A DNA stretch of 63,901 bases, filler included, from Octopus bimaculoides (GCF_001194135.2; 5 parts of 5 records of this genome joined end to end with filler, not necessarily neighbours in it), one strand, 5' to 3'. Counted from the whole stretch's first letter, positions 26,001 to 39,860 are shown. Translations and numbers: made by a program. The notes: a model not told the origin generated them from the sequence alone.

Positions 26001-26434
26001 AATAAAATTTCTTCAAACTTTTGTTTATCACACCAATATTTTCACCACTAAATAAACTGTTGCTAAGTCAAAATATAGCTTCACTCGCACCAATCCCAAG
26101 CAACGTCTCTCCCATTACCTTTAAACATTGAGATTATGAAATAGCTTCTATCCTCTCAAATATCCTTAAACTTTCTCCTTCGACTCTTTGAAAATATGTT
26201 ACAATGTCTCTCGGGTGTTCCATAAATTCATCATGGTAAATATATTGCAAGACAAATAAACTCATCGCCATAAATTTTATCTGCAGTTTAAATATATTGC
26301 TAAAAATTATTTAAAGGCCTTTATTCGCAAAGTAAATACGTTGCATTTCATTGACAATGAAAAGAAACGCGGTTTAAAAAGCTGGCCATAAATTTTCCCC
26401 ACAATACATTCGATATGGTGAATTTACTGGCAAT

Positions 26435-26830
26435 ATATATTAATGACAGAGGCAAGATTAATACCGAGAGGTAATATTTATCGCCACTTAAACGTGGGTG
26501 TTATGTTAGTACAAACGTTACTGAAGTAGATACCATGCGAAAAACTCTCATATAGGCTTTTGGTGCAAAATGCACGCCTCTTTATATCGCTGGCGAAGAT
26601 AAATCCCGCCATTTCCTGCAAAATGCACGCTTGTTTATATCACTGGCGGAGCGATTTATCTCCCAGCCATCTCATGGTATCTAGCGCAGTAAAGGTTGTT
26701 CTAACAGAACATCGACATTTAATTGGAGATAAATATTACTTTACTGGTAATGTTTTAGCCCGCGAATAATTACCAGGTGATGTATTTACTGCGATATACT
26801 TACCCAAAATATATTTACTGCGAATGTTCG
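26435..26830 (+). repeat. Unclassified dispersed repeat with internal duplicated motif and hairpins
   Basis: 26435-26600 matches the reverse complement of 54420-54600; tgcaaaatgcacgc.t.tttatatc.ctggcg occurs twice; atttactg recurs several times. Confidence 0.7.
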
Positions 26831-29084
26831 CCATCTCTAAGAAGAAAAAATAAATGTTTGGCTCTGCCAACTACTTGCAACATCTCAGAAATAATGGAAG
26901 CAGTTATCTTATTCACCACCTTGACTCTCTTACCCGCCTTCATGTTAACCAGATTTACTGGAGGCTAACGTACATTCATATGTCAATCACTAGTGGTTTC
27001 GAACCCTAAGAAACTTTGGCGAAAGCAATGTTCTTATATTTGATACAAGCATAGTCATTAACCATGTCTAATATGAGAACGTCCTAGATAAGTTACTTAT
27101 CTTTCTGTTGCTTTTAACAAGACAAACTCCTATTCAGATGATACAACTGTCTCCACGAACATACTGTCTCCACCAACAGACACCGGGAAAATTTAATAAG
27201 AAAACAACACTCTAGTTTTCTTCAATAACTACATATGTTAATTGAAGGAATCGTGTGCCTCACCTCCCCGCCACTCTCTCTTTCTAGTTGTAGACAGCTC
27301 ACAAAACACATCACAAAAGTCATCACTGATTAATACTCGTAGCAGCGTAACATAAATGATAGTGTGTAAAATGAATCTCAAAGATTAAGCTTCATATTCA
27401 TAAATAGAAAATGCTTCGCCCTGATTAGTTGCCGACTATCTAGAAATGTAAACCATATCCCGTATTAGAGTACAGCTCACATATCTGGAACAGTGCCGCT
27501 GATAGATGCACATACAAACCTCATTCAAAATAAGACCGTCTGGCTGATTTACAAAATTTATAAGCAAACTTGCTGCAACCACTGGCTCTATAACACAGAT
27601 AATACAACATTCGCAACTCCTCTATATGAGCTGGCTATTTACCCCTCTTTTTGCTGGGTCACCTGAAACGCCAGTCTCTCTTCCTTTTGTCACTCCTTCA
27701 GTGTCTTCCAAGCCAGGTTTCGCACTAAATATTTTTTCCAAGTCACCCATCCCAGAATTACATTCATATAAAATCCTGTCTCTGCACACGTCTATCTCCG
27801 TAAATCGATATACAAACCATCATCATCGTCGTCGTCGTCGTCATCATCATCATCACCATCATCATCTACTCTGACTAACGAACACGTTCTAACAATTTTC
27901 GTTTTAACGTTTACATTGTTATTTGGCAATAATTTTACACACAAGTATAATATATATACACCACTGGCGTGGCTACGATTATTTATGTACTTTAACAGCT
28001 GCAGAATAAAAGAGAAAAAAACTTCACATGCACACACAAACACGCGCATACATATACGTAATAATTATATATGCATGCATGTACGTTTTATTGGGGTGTC
28101 TGAATTCTGGGACAGATTTAGACAGCAAATGTATTGTTAAAGCAATATTTGAATAATGTAGACAGTGATGGAGGAGCATCGTCCACGAACTTTGTTGATG
28201 CTTTTAGACTAACGAGGTCGATGAACTTAAATCTTCAGCTTGAATGTCTACTGGTTAACTCTTGTAGGAGAAAATTATGGCCAAGGAGAAATTCCAAGGG
28301 GAAATAATACTACTGAGAAAAGTATTCAGTTTTTGGATAGTATTCAAAAGTTATTTGGTGAAACACTGCGAGTTTGACGTGAGAAGGAAAGATGGTGGTG
28401 GTGGTGGTGGTGGGTTATCTATTGGGCTTCGTTGGGGAAGGTGGTGGCAAGTAACTTATTCGCAGGAGCAGAAACTATGGCAGTCGTCATAGAAGGAAGG
28501 GAGATAACAGGAACACATTTACGGCATAAAGGTTAGGTTGCATTTGTTGTTTAGCCTCTGATCAGGTTAGCATTTTTTAGCCCCATATCATACCCCGTGA
28601 TATATANNNNNNNNNNNNNNNNNNNNNNNNNNNNNNNNNNNNNNNNNNNNNNNNNNNNNNNNNNNNNNNNNNNNNNNNNNNNNNNNNNNNNNNNNNNNNN
28701 NNNNNNNNNNNNNNNNNNNNNNNNNNNNNNNNNNNNNNNNNNNNNNNNNNNNNNNNNNNNNNNNNNNNNNNNNNNNNNNNNNNNNNNNNNNNNNNNNNNN
28801 NNNNNNNNNNNNNNNNNNNNNNNNNNNNNNNNNNNNNNNNNNNNNNNNNNNNNNNNNNNNNNNNNNNNNNNNNNNNNNNNNNNNNNNNNNNNNNNNNNNN
28901 NNNNNNNNNNNNNNNNNNNNNNNNNNNNNNNNNNNNNNNNNNNNNNNNNNNNNNNNNNNNNNNNNNNNNNNNNNNNNNNNNNNNNNNNNNNNNNNNNNNN
29001 NNNNNNNNNNNNNNNNNNNNNNNNNNNNNNNNNNNNNNNNNNNNNNNNNNNNNNNNNNNNNNNNNNNNNNNNNNNNNNNNNNNN

Positions 29085-29130
<46 letters not shown>

Positions 29131-29151
29131 CATATACATATACATATATAT

Positions 29152-29760
29152 AAGTAGAGAGTAGTGTAAAAACATTACGGAGGATACATTATAAATAATT
29201 CAGATTATTTATGAATAAATCAATGGCCAAACATGTTATAAAATATAAAGGAGAAAAATCGTTTATAATTATGAACAAGTCACAATTATAACTAAGAGGG
29301 TTAAAAAACCTTTACGTGTTAAAAATAGCAGCCAAAACCACTATAAAGCCATTATATCACTCATATTATTTTTCCTCGCCATAAAACACTTGTTTGGGTG
29401 ACATGGCAAATAGAATCCACAACTAGAAAATAACTGGTTAATTGCCTATTGCAACTTCGGCGTTAACGACCTCTTAAGGGACCATTCGCCTCGTCTGGGA
29501 AAATATCTCTATAGATAGAAATCAAAACAAGACTTCACCTTGGGGTTAGCATGAACCCCGTCCGGCAATAGAAATGTTTTCACCTCTATCTACACAATCA
29601 AATTTTGAATTCAAATGTCATGCACAGCGTTTATGTGAAAAGACCGGTAAGTTCGAGCCACGGCAAAATCACCGGATATGAATTAGGAAAATTTAAACAA
29701 GTAGAGAGTAATGTAAAAACATTACGGAGGATATATTATAAATAATTAAGATGATATATG
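29152..29760. repeat. Partial tandem repeat, 547-bp period, Penelope-pLTR/retrozyme-like
   Basis: 62-nt direct repeat at 29152-29213 and 29699-29760 (57/62 identical); decayed hammerhead-like motif at 29444-29480; cut by a gap. Confidence 0.65.
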
Positions 29761-29860
29761 NNNNNNNNNNNNNNNNNNNNNNNNNNNNNNNNNNNNNNNN
29801 NNNNTTAATTAATTAANNNNNNNNNNNNNNNNNNNNNNNNNNNNNNNNNNNNNNNNNNNN
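29761..29860. other. Artificial assembly spacer N44-TTAATTAATTAA-N44
   Basis: Exactly 100 bp; the 12-mer gives stops in all six frames. Confidence 0.95.
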
Positions 29861-30554
29861 GGATTTATTCTTTGTAAGCCTAGTACTTATCCTATATACT
29901 TTTAAATATACACACGCTTATAATGTTTATACATATCTATATATACGTGTCTATGCCTTGCTTATTAAAGATAAGATTGACAGGAACGTCTTCTGTTTAA
30001 AACAGCTTAAAATTTTAAATGACGCCACTTGTAAATTACGATTGAAAGGATATTGTGAAAGATTGAATGAAAGCCAGAATTTAATCGAGGAATCAGTATA
30101 AAAATATGACATTATGACTTTTTGAACTCCTCAAATAGTCTTCAGTTGATTACGTGTGTGTATATGTACTATCGTTTATTTTTCACTTCAGGATGAAGTC
30201 GATGATAAATCATTATTGCAATTTGTTATAATAGTACCGTAAAGAGGAATATTTGCTACTGAGACAATTGCTTGCTTTAGACTTTAATAGAAACATTATA
30301 GATAGCCTTATAGAATTAAATCAAGTTAAATACTTACACACACTAACAAATACATACACATATATACATGAATATCAATAAATTACATAGTTATATGTCT
30401 ACACACACAAACACACACATACATATGTGTGTGTGTGTGCACACGTGCGCACGCATATGTGTTACGTGTATGTGTGGGTGAGTAACTTAGAAATGGATGC
30501 ATTGACGTGCTTAAACATTTCTTCTCTTCAGAAAATTTTGAACGTGTACTGGGG

Positions 30555-30720
30555 TGATTAATCGACTGCATCTTTCCCTTCGGGATCGATGATATAAGTA
30601 CCAGTTGAGTACTGGGTCGATATAATCGACTATCCTACACTCTCAATTTTCAGACATTTTACCGATAGTAGAAAGGATTATTAAGGCGGTGAGCTGGAAG
30701 AATCGTTAGCAGGTATTGTA
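30555..30720 (+). mobile_element. SINE family A fragments (3' part of one copy, head of another)
   Basis: tttcccttcgggatcgatgatataagtaccagttgagtactggg, then aaggcggtgagctggaagaatcgttagc. Confidence 0.7.
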
Positions 30721-30721
30721 T

Positions 30722-31127
30722 TCTTTAAGTTGAGCTCTCTTCTCGAGGTAACAAGTAGCATTCCGGTAGCATTCCTCCCATATTTTCTCTTCCATTTTCA
30801 TCTACCGGGTTGCTCAGGTAGTAACACTCCATGACAACAGTATTGATTTGCTTGCTCCATCTACACCGTGTGTGGTGATCCCTTTCTGGATATCGACAGG
30901 CTGGAGCCGGACCAGAATCTCTTAGCCTACCGGGTGTAGCACTATCACCATCATTGGCTTCAGTTTCATTGCCACCGTTATTCACAATATTTTGTTTTTC
31001 CATTGTCACTCATATGAGGTAGCGATTACTAGGTTGCACAATTACCAGTGTTTTGTATTGTGACACCAACACTAGATGAATCATTAGTCAGCACATGAGG
31101 AGGAAGAGGCTCCACCCATTTGCTTTC
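30722..31127 (-). mobile_element. R4/Dong-like RLE non-LTR element, 5' end with internal deletion
   Basis: RCRWSKQINTVVMECYYLSNP matches the R.KW..E.N..VM.CYY.S.P N-terminal motif. It joins EKIWEECYRNATCYLE (pre-RT linker). The 5' flank is (TAA)n. Confidence 0.7.
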
Positions 31128-32500
31128 ATTATTATTATCATCACTGATATCACTGATATGACTGTTTTTATGTGTAGTAGCAGCAGTGGTTGCAGCAACT
31201 GCAACTGTAGCAGGAATGGGGGTAGTAGTAAGGGTGGTAGTTGGGCCTCAGATTCCTGTGCTATCATAATAGTAGTAGTGTTAGTATTATTGTAGTGTTA
31301 GTAGTATTTAGTATTGGCAGCTGCAGTATATTATTATTTTTATTTTTATCATTATTACCATCACCACTATTACCATTGTTTGAGGAACTATTTGGGTAGA
31401 AGTTTGGTGAATAGATCATAAACTACAGGTCAATAAATAGATTCGGCAGATAGTGGGGTGGTCAGCCATAGAAACAAAGAAATCTTCGCACACTTTGGGT
31501 CAGCAGAGGTCAAATGTGTTTACTACTACCAGTGGCCACTGACCGCTGAGGGCGCTGTCTTGAAAAGAAGCAATTCAACCTGTTCTATTTGTAATTACTG
31601 GTAGAAAAAAACAATAATAATACTATATTTATATACACACACATATATACACACATACACATATTTTGATATGCACGTCGTTGAATTTTTGAATTTCTGA
31701 ATTCAATTGTGTTGTTGCAATAAAAAGTGTGTTTACGTATTTGGGTAATACATTCAAATTTTAAATTTTTCTTGAGATTTTCCTTTGTCTGTCCAGTTGA
31801 AGAATACGGTAGGACTTTTTTATTGAACAGGATGTTTACATTATCGAACACTCAGGGAGAGTCAAAAAGAAAAGAAAACAAGTTCGTGATTGTAAAGTTT
31901 TAAGATTTACTAAATATGGTCTTTTGTATGACCGCACAGAGAGAAATGGTAGTATTCTTAGAATAAAAAGGAGGATGATGTTTACATCTTCGAATACGCA
32001 GGGAGAGAGGAAAGGATAAGTAATTACACGGGAGTCGTAGATATTAAATGACTTTTGTTTATTTTATATTATTTTATTTTTATTTATTTATTATTATTAT
32101 TGTTATTATTATTATTATTAGTGTGATGATGATGATTGTCAGATGACCTCCGATTAATTTCTACCTTAAGGCAGTCATTAACTGTTAAATTGTACAAAAA
32201 CTGAAGAAAATTGAGGTGCCAAGTTTCTTCTTATTCGCTTTGAAGATAGCTCACATTTTTAAGTAAGAAATTTGATAATTTGTTCCATAGTTAGGTATAC
32301 AGATATACACACATAATTACACACACACGCACACACATGTATGTATATATATATATATATATATAATATATATGTATGTTTTTATATACGCGCGCGCACA
32401 CACATTCACACACACATATATATATATTTACATTCGCACAAGTATATATTCACATACGTATGTATATATGTGTATGTGTGCGTGCGCGCGTATGAGTGTA

Positions 32501-32549
<49 letters not shown>

Positions 32550-34003
32550 TAATTCTGTATCAAATAATTGACAGTGGCACCGATGAGGTGGTGCTTAATT
32601 TTTTGTACAATTTCTATTTTTCACTGTCTAGACGGAATATGCTTTTGGCCAGAACCATTTTTACTAAAATTTCACAACAAATTATAATAATAATTTTTAA
32701 CAAAGGAAATGATACATAAATTTGAGGGAAGATTGTATGTGACCAACCTTAATACTTGAATGATACATATTTGATTAAAGTTGGTTCCGACAAGATCTGA
32801 ACCCTAAACGTAAGGGAAGTTTGCAAAGTCCTGCAAGGATTTTGGATGATGCTCTACTATGAAAACACAGCCTGCTCTGTAATTAGTTGGCCAAATCTAA
32901 GATAAATTATGTACGAATACGGAAAAGAAGCTAGCTATTATAATTTCCTATATATTAGTATGTGACAATAAGACTAAAACCTTATAAATAATTTTTCATA
33001 AATTGACCCATGCAAAAGAAAGTAGATACTGATAAATAAAACATTATAGACACGTTTTGATTCGATAGACGAGAAATTAAAATATAAGAGAACAATAAGA
33101 TAGATGAAGACCTGTTTCTATCTGCCTAAGCATCTCTGACTTTCACATGGAAAACGATGACTGTAGTGCGCTCCTATAATTGTAGAGAAAAGAATTTACT
33201 AAACCGAACATGAAAATAAATTACAAGCCAATGAGAGTGGAACAACCTTTGAATAGCGTTAAAATACAACTTAAGTCTGTATTCTTCCATTAGTCACATT
33301 AAAGTCAACGTACATCAATTATTAGCAGTGATTTCTTGTTAGTAATTCTGTTGTTAACTGTTAACTTGAAATAACACCGAGCTCAATATATCACTGAGTA
33401 AATCTAGGTACCTAAGAAGATCATTTGTATGATATATCAATATATCAAATCTATTCACTATCTGACTAAATATTTTTACTTGAACAGCAAGTATTTTATA
33501 CTCTTGCCTTATAATCGCGCAGCTTCTTGTGTATACCATGGACGTTATTCACTAAGCATAAATATGTTGAAATTTATATACTTTTGTAGAATGAGGAGAG
33601 TGATAATACACGTATTTTGTAGGATTGCATGCAAAAATATTGTAAAATATTTATGGTCAACCCTATGTGTATTGAGTTGAATCTGTATCTAGAGCAAAGA
33701 CTGAATCTTTTTAAGTAGTTCGAGGATAAAACATGCACCAGTTGTACATTAGGATTAACTGAATCGACTCTCTTTAACTTCTGTTCCGCTTAGCCAGTGC
33801 AATACATAGATATTGTGTGTGAACACGCCCGAAACGAAACTACTGCTGTGTCGCGGCTAAAGACGAGAAATGCACAGCCTCTACAGAGTTAATTCACATG
33901 CTAGAAATAAGTGCCAAATAATGTTAAATCTCACTTCACATTCCTAAACAAAAAAATAATAAAAACATGGCACATTAGCATTGGAAAACTTTTTATCTTA
34001 CAA

Positions 34004-34218
34004 GGCGGTGAGTTGGCAGAATCAATAGCACGCCGGGCGAAATGCTTAGCGGTTTTTCGTCTGTCTTTGCGTTCTGAGTTCAAATTCTGCCGAGGTCGAC
34101 ATTGCCTTTCATCCTTTCGGGGTCGATAAATTAACTACTAGTTGCGTACTGGGATCGATCTAAACGACTGGACCCCTTTCCGAAAATGTCGGGCCTTGTG
34201 CCTAGACTAGAAAAGAAT
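34004..34218 (+). mobile_element. SINE family A, full-length
   Basis: ggcggtgagttggcagaatc...gagttcaaattctgccgaggtcgacattgcctttcatcctttcggggtcgat. Confidence 0.9.
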
Positions 34219-35740
34219 ACGTTTAATCTTATATCTTTTCAATAAAGTACGATCTATAGCGAAATAACAACATAAATAACTCACACTAAATGCTAAATAC
34301 TAAACAGTATTTAAACATGATAAATGAACTGCAACATAAGCTATGATGTTATGGTTATCAAAAGCCTGAAGTTTCTAACCAAACAAATCTTCTGCTTGCT
34401 TTTTTTTTTCTTAAATGTTTGCTTTTAGCGTTGACTTTTTCTCTTTCGTCTCTTTCCTTTCAATTCTGACATGGTTTGTGTTACTCACTTCAGCTTTTTT
34501 CATGGTTATGCTCGAAAAAATTATCATCAGCAAAAGTCATTCTATTTGCAAAGATCAGACAAGTCAGAGCAACTTCATTGGTGCAGGCCAGAAGTTTCAC
34601 ACACCGTTCTCAGTTGTAAACACTTCTTTGTTACATACCTTTACTCTCCTTACCTGAAAACATTTTCTCTTTACCTCCTCCTTTTCATCAGCTTTTCCTG
34701 ATTGCAATATTATTTTTCTGTATCTTTTTGAATTGATCTGATGTTTACTAAATACAGACACACTCAAATATGGAAATACAAACAATAAAGTTATATATTA
34801 CAATCACTACCCAACGATTATTCTTGTAATTGATATCTACAATTTTTTTACGAAGATTTCAGAATCTTTTTATAGCGGTTCACACTTGCTTAGTTCACGA
34901 GATGGGAATCTGTGCTTGCCTGTGTCGTTCTCAAAAGGAAAAAAAAAATTCAAATGGAACGTGGCATAAAAATATTACAAAAATCTGCAACAGATAACGC
35001 TGCTTTTTATATTACCTTCATATTCAATAAATAATATATATAATAGTACATATGTTAAGGCACATAATTCTTGATCTCATTGAGCTGCAGCTTGTTTCAT
35101 ATATAAGTTTTGGATTTTGATTTTTGTTTGTTTAATAGTGGAATTGTATTGTGGTGATGTAAAGTAAAAGTTGTTGAGATACACACGTCAGTTGTATCAG
35201 ATGAATTCAGTATCTGTTATATCGATATATAGTAATATATGTTTGCATAGAGACACGCTTTTTTTTGTTTTTTTTTATTGACATCATGTGAGATTGGAAA
35301 ATGAAAGGAAGTGAACATTCCGGATGTTACTCAGCAAGGTTTTTCAGGTATCCCACATGATCACACAAATCGCTTGTTAAATGTAAGAAAAGTATGCAGA
35401 ATATTATTATTATATATTTAGAAATGTGACTATCACGCAATATGCTGTTTAGATGAAAATCTTATGTATCAGAGTGTAATTTATTTTACAACTAACCACT
35501 TATGCTATTATTCGATAAAAACCAAATCTATTGATAAGGCAGTTATATACATACATACATACATAAATACATCCATCCATCCATACATACATACATATAT
35601 ACATGTGTGTATATATATATATAGAGGGAGAGATGAATATATATATACATACATATATATATATATAAATATATATATNNNNNNNNNNNNNNNNNNNNNN
35701 NNNNNNNNNNNNNNNNNNNNNNNNNNNNNNNNNNNNNNNN

Positions 35741-35821
<81 letters not shown>

Positions 35822-36329
35822 CACATGTTAGAGAAAGAGAGAGTGTGTGAGATAGAGTAAGAAAGAGAATACAAATAGACATAGTGGCGCATAAACATAG
35901 AAAATCATGCTAGCAGAAACAGGTTTATGATATATGTACATCTTTTATGCATAAGTGATGTGCTCTTAAAAAGAAGTACAATTTGAAAGGAATAATGTAG
36001 TAATAGCTAAATAAAATTCTTCCTCTCTGCAGTGCATATCTACCGATCCGGAAACAATAAAATACAGAATTTTCTTGCCAAGAGAATACCAAAGGGAACG
36101 AACAAACATATGGAATTAAAAGACATATTTTTTCTCCATTCAACTCCTTGGATAATAAATATAAAGCATGAAAACAATAAATTGCAGACTAGATATTCTA
36201 ACTTAAAGGAACATATTACAAAGATACAGAGATATTAGAGATATTAAATAAACACCGAAGTTGGAACATAACTGGATAGAAAGCATTTACAGGTTCATTT
36301 TCAAACAACTGATGCATATTAATAACTAT

Positions 36330-36500
36330 AAATGTAAAGAATATAGAAGAATCACATTTACGAATTGAACACAAAGAAAACATAGACTGAAAAGATTGGA
36401 TATGAATTTGAATGAATGGACGATATTTTTCTATCTACTTCTAGATGGAAAAATCGAAGAAAATATAGAAATGGGACAACGTAGACTTAATTCAAGACAA
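36330..36500 (+). mobile_element. Possible RTE 3' remnant
   Basis: LLLDGKIEENIEMGQRRL resembles LILEGKIEG...GR.R. Confidence 0.4.
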
Positions 36501-36891
36501 TAGGTATATCTTATATATATACCTATTATGTATACTAGTTTAGCCGTGACATCAATTCATAACAGTTATTATAGTTACTACTCGTCATAATTTTTCAGCA
36601 AGTAGCATTTTCCTCACAATCTGTCTGTCTTCATTCGTTACGCTACAGAAAATGCGAAAATGAAATTTATAGTGATTTATTCATTTCTGGATTTTTTAAA
36701 TTCAGTTTTGAAAGCAAGAAAGGCTTTTAGCAAATTTGCTAGATAATATCTACTACAAACATTAACTTTTACATGACGTCCACTTTCGTTTTCCTTACTA
36801 ATACTCGATGAAAATATTTATTTATAGTATTTTGGTATGTTTGTATGCTTTATTTATAGCATTTTGGTATGTCTGTGTCTATCTACACACA

Positions 36892-36951
<60 letters not shown>

Positions 36952-36999
36952 TTTATATATAGAGAAAAGAGTGAAGAGAGAACCTGATGTGTCTGGAGG

Positions 37000-37470
37000 A
37001 GGTGGTAGCAATATGACCTTCATAGATCATCATAGGCCAGTGAATCTGAAGCCAGTAACACTTGTCTTAAATATCATCATGCCAAAACATTCAAGAAGGA
37101 TATGAGCAGGTTTAGAATTCTATAGGGCTGTGGTTGTTGAAAGGAAGGACTTGCCGTAGTGATTAGTATGGCTGATTGGCACAGCACAGGTAACGAACAG
37201 AAGAGATAGAAGTAGGATAAAAATGTCTGTGTGGAGATAGGATGAGCCCAACCAGCTGTGGGGATTAGAGATCATTATTAGCAAAAGTAGAGATATGAAA
37301 TATCGCAGTTGTAGGGCAGAAATTGGAACCTGCTTGTGGTTAATAACCGTTTAAGTCAGCCAAATGCCCTCTTCTGGTAGTCATCTAATATATCTGCGTG
37401 TGAAGAAATAGCTTCACCATAGATGTGAAAGAAATTTGCTGTTGTGAGTCTCATCAAATCATGTAAAAAT
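37000..37470 (-). mobile_element. Possible CR1-like APE endonuclease remnant
   Basis: NPHSWLGSS and VPISHTNH loosely resemble HH..WLGSS and SPLG.SDH; many disruptions. Confidence 0.35.
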
Positions 37471-39093
37471 TAAATAATTGTTGGTGGTAAAATATCTGTT
37501 CTTTATTAACTATTTGGGCATGAATAGACACCTTAAATTACAATGCATGTACACCATAGTCAATGCATGTGAAACATAATGTGTCAGATGCGTGTATTAT
37601 GTGAAGATGAGAGGTGTGGGGAAAGTTGTTATATAGCGAAAGTAGAAAGAATTTTTTAAATTACGAAAGCAAATAATTTTGCTGAGTAAATAAAACAGTA
37701 TGGTAAACTGAAATGACAGATGAATATATACTTAAGAATGACACATTAATAAGTACCTAAGAGAAACATAGTAAACATCTATGGGACTTACCGATACATG
37801 CGCAAATATCACTGGTAAGCAAAGTTAGAACATCTCCCATATTTGCTCGCCTATCATTACTCACATTCCATTGTCGTGCATTCAGACGTATTCATTAGCA
37901 TTTTCTGTGTGGGTTCAGGAGCTATGTCTTTTGCACAGGACTGCTTTACTTCGTTTTATACATCTTCCATTTTTACTAGCGTCATGTTTTTCGACTGTTT
38001 TCTATATTTCTGGCCAGGGTCATAAAGACCGGTTTAACTTTTATGGTTTCTGATGCGTCATGCTCTTCTCTTTCACTCCCTCATTACTGTGACTTTTGGC
38101 GATGCTGAGAAATACGTACATAGGCTTTTTGAGTAGTTGGTAAAAGAAAAAAAAAATGTAGTGGTTTACTCTACTGGTTTTGAACTATCGAGCAACAAAT
38201 CTGTTCAAATGACATTCTCTCTATCAGGATGTGGTTCATGTTCTCTCTGTTATAATTTTGTTTTCTTTGTCGCCTTTTTTAGCGTAGGATAAGACAAATG
38301 TAATATACTTGAGCTACTAACAGACATATACCAAATTAATGCTTTAGTCACTATATTATTTTATTCATTTCCAGGAATATGATTTTACTTAATTTGAATT
38401 CTTCTAATAATCGGAAGAATTTTATTTTAATGGATACTGCTTTTCTTAATAGATACTGATTTTCTAATATAGTTCTAGTTAATTCATTCTGTCTTCCTTT
38501 ATTAACTGAGTTGTACTTAGTGACATAGCTCATTAAATTACGATTCTATTTTGACATGAAACACTTACAATTAAACTAGGTACATTTGGTAATCCTGTCT
38601 TCCCATCCCTTTGACACAAAAGCAGGTCAATAAAATGGGAAACAGTGAGACTGAGTGTGCTGCTATAAAAACTCTCACTTTATTGCAATATACACTGTAT
38701 ATAGCGAAGTCCTAACTTTCAATAGAGTATAATGGACTATAATGTTTCTACTTTTTTCGGATTTAATTCGCTAAGTTGAAGCATCAATTAAATATGAATA
38801 CATAGATCATATCAGGGTATTTGAAAGGCATGTAAGCTGAATAAATCGTTTGGCAACGCATTTTCATTCTGCATGTATTTTTCGAATATACACTATTTAA
38901 TATACTGAATTGTGATTAATGTTAGGATTTGCAAATTGGACCTGTCACGGGAGATGAATCACAACATATGTTGCTTACTGTGGTAATAGCTGATAATTTA
39001 GTTATCAGGGTTCGAATTCTTGTGGGTGCTTAAAGCAGTACTCGCCCGAATTATTTAATCATTACTTTTCTTCATGATACATATATATATATA

Positions 39094-39491
39094 TTTCTTT
39101 TACTTGTTTCAGTCAGCTCACTGCGGTCATGCCGAAGCAGTGCCTTCATGAATTTTATTCGAAGGAATCGGCAACGCGGCTTATTTTTTAAAATCGGGTA
39201 CTTAGCCTACTGGTCCCTTTTACCGAGTCACTAAGTTACAGGGACGTAAACACACCGACACCTGTTGTCAAGTGGTGGTAGCAGACAAACACAGACAAAA
39301 ACACGCACGTCACACCCATACATACGATGGGATTCTTTCGGTTTCCCGCTACCAAATCCATACACAAGGTTTTGGTCTGCCTAAGGCTATAGGTGAACAG
39401 TTATCACAAGTGCTACTCAGTGGGATTGAACTCTTAACCACGAGGCTGGAAGCAAACTCTGTTTAGCGCACAACCACGGTTGCTCATACGC
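39094..39491 (-). mobile_element. SINE family B with internal simple-repeat segment
   Basis: Reverse complement of 48046-48447: cttttacttgtttcagtc...gggacgtaaacacacc...ctaccaaatcc...gattgaactc. Confidence 0.8.
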
Positions 39492-39544
39492 ACGTACGAA
39501 CACACACGCACACACACGCACGCACACACACACACGTACACACA

Positions 39545-39579
<35 letters not shown>

Positions 39580-39580
<1 letters not shown>

Positions 39581-39860
39581 TGAAAGCGCATGGCTCAGTG
39601 GTTAGAGCGTCAAGCGTACGATTGCTAGGTTGTGAGTTCGATTCCCGAACCGGGCTGCGTGTTGTGTTCTTGAACAAGACACTCTATTTCACGTTACTCC
39701 AGTTTACTCAGCTGTAGAAATCAGTTGCGACGTAACAGGTGCCAAACTGTATCGGCCTTTGCTTTTTTCTTGGATAACACTGGTGGCGTGGAGAGGGGAG
39801 ACCGGTATGCATGGGATACTGCTGGTCTTCCATAAAAGCAACCCTAGGCTGTGCGTATAG
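39580..39860 (+). mobile_element. tRNA/CORE-type SINE (family D-related)
   Basis: gcgcatggctcagtggttagagcg (A-box), gagttcgattccc (B-box), gttgtgttcttgaacaagacact (CORE-like). Confidence 0.85.

Noticed and set aside
31541-31560. CTCF-like ccgctgagggcgctg
   Set aside because: Only about 11/14 match to the consensus; a single motif without functional data is unsupported
37865-38104. Purine-rich minus-strand segment with a good acceptor and GTGAGT donor, 240 nt
   Set aside because: All three frames contain stops; no recognisable protein
39580-39660. tRNA-like sequences with A and B boxes (also 9730-9799, 47255-47330, 48046-48110)
   Set aside because: They lack a complete cloverleaf and continue into SINE bodies, so they are SINE heads, not tRNA genes
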